Source: a virus. Taken from it: a DNA stretch of 64,000 nt. The notes under the pieces are model-generated. The model worked only from the letters and a program-made list of their open reading frames with translations, ran no database searches and had not been told where the DNA came from. Shown here piece by piece: positions 63,581 through 64,000 of the stretch (positions within the stretch are counted from its first letter, which is position 1; each line of letters starts with the position of its first letter). The stretch lies in IMG/VR virus record IMGVR_UViG_3300041586_000098, positions 9,392 through 73,391 of that record; one strand, written 5' to 3'. The position numbers and the translations under genes were made by a program.

Positions 63581-63713
63581 CAACTTTAACAAAGATTTAA
63601 CACTCCGTATTTTTTAATACGGATTTTTTTGTTTAGATTTACATATAATAATTAATCATATATTAGATGATTTTAAGACACTTTAATCTAATATGTATAA
63701 TCATACAACATCG

Positions 63714-64000
63714 ATGAAAAAGTACACCAAAACACTAGTGCTTGACTCTAGTTACATGCCAAGAAGTATTATCAGTAGCCTACGAGCATTTGTCGTTGTT
63801 ATTAAAGGAAACGCTGCAATTGTTGAAGAACATGATTGCAATTTCAAGTTAGTTAATCCAAATACTATTATAAAGAAACCATCGGTTATTAGGGTTCAAA
63901 AATATGTAAACACTCGACATAATAAAGTTCCATTAACAAGGGAGAATGTATTTAAGAGAGATGGAAACATGTGTGTATATTGTGGAGATGATAATATCAA
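63714..64000 (+). CDS. HNH endonuclease (McrA-like), runs off the window end
   Basis: LVLDSSY.P...PSVIR...LTRENVFKRD...CVYCG. Confidence 0.85.
   Translation, partial: MKKYTKTLVLDSSYMPRSIISSLRAFVVVIKGNAAIVEEHDCNFKLVNPNTIIKKPSVIRVQKYVNTRHNKVPLTRENVFKRDGNMCVYCGDDNI

Noticed and set aside
1-64000. Alternative genetic code or stop-codon reassignment
   Set aside because: Conserved genes are full length in the standard code, TAG and TGA end genes at expected places, and no convincing suppressor tRNA was found; gene breaks are explained by split inteins

Overview
A 64-kb, AT-rich segment of a T4-like (myovirus) large phage genome, almost all on the + strand. The host is probably Bacteroidota, inferred from the lack of Shine-Dalgarno sites, A-rich leaders and TAnnTTTR-type promoters. 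Layout: replication and recombination genes (1-14.2 kb), head, neck, terminase and tail genes (14.2-42.8 kb), accessory genes with a small ncRNA operon (42.8-56.6 kb), and a ~6.6-kb tRNA/ncRNA array (57-63.6 kb). Four essential genes (nrdA, uvsX, gp46, gp17) are fractured by split inteins flanking free-standing endonuclease genes. Best candidates for new biology: (1) a 48-codon leader ORF (56783-56929) that uses all 20 amino acids and 30 different codons in its first 36 codons, overlapping a 12-bp antiterminator/terminator switch at the head of the tRNA array, i.e. a putative pan-tRNA-sensing attenuator; (2) a compact, circularly permuted tmRNA (tag ANDKFALAA); (3) circularly permuted and anticodon-less tRNA mimics, plus a two-copy unrecognised ncRNA family; (4) eight proteins with a T4-internal-protein-like capsid-targeting N-terminus, including an Acb1/gp57B-like 2H phosphoesterase and an ATP-grasp enzyme; (5) three promoter classes matching two phage sigma factors. 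All calls were made by eye from the sequence. No database search or folding program was run.
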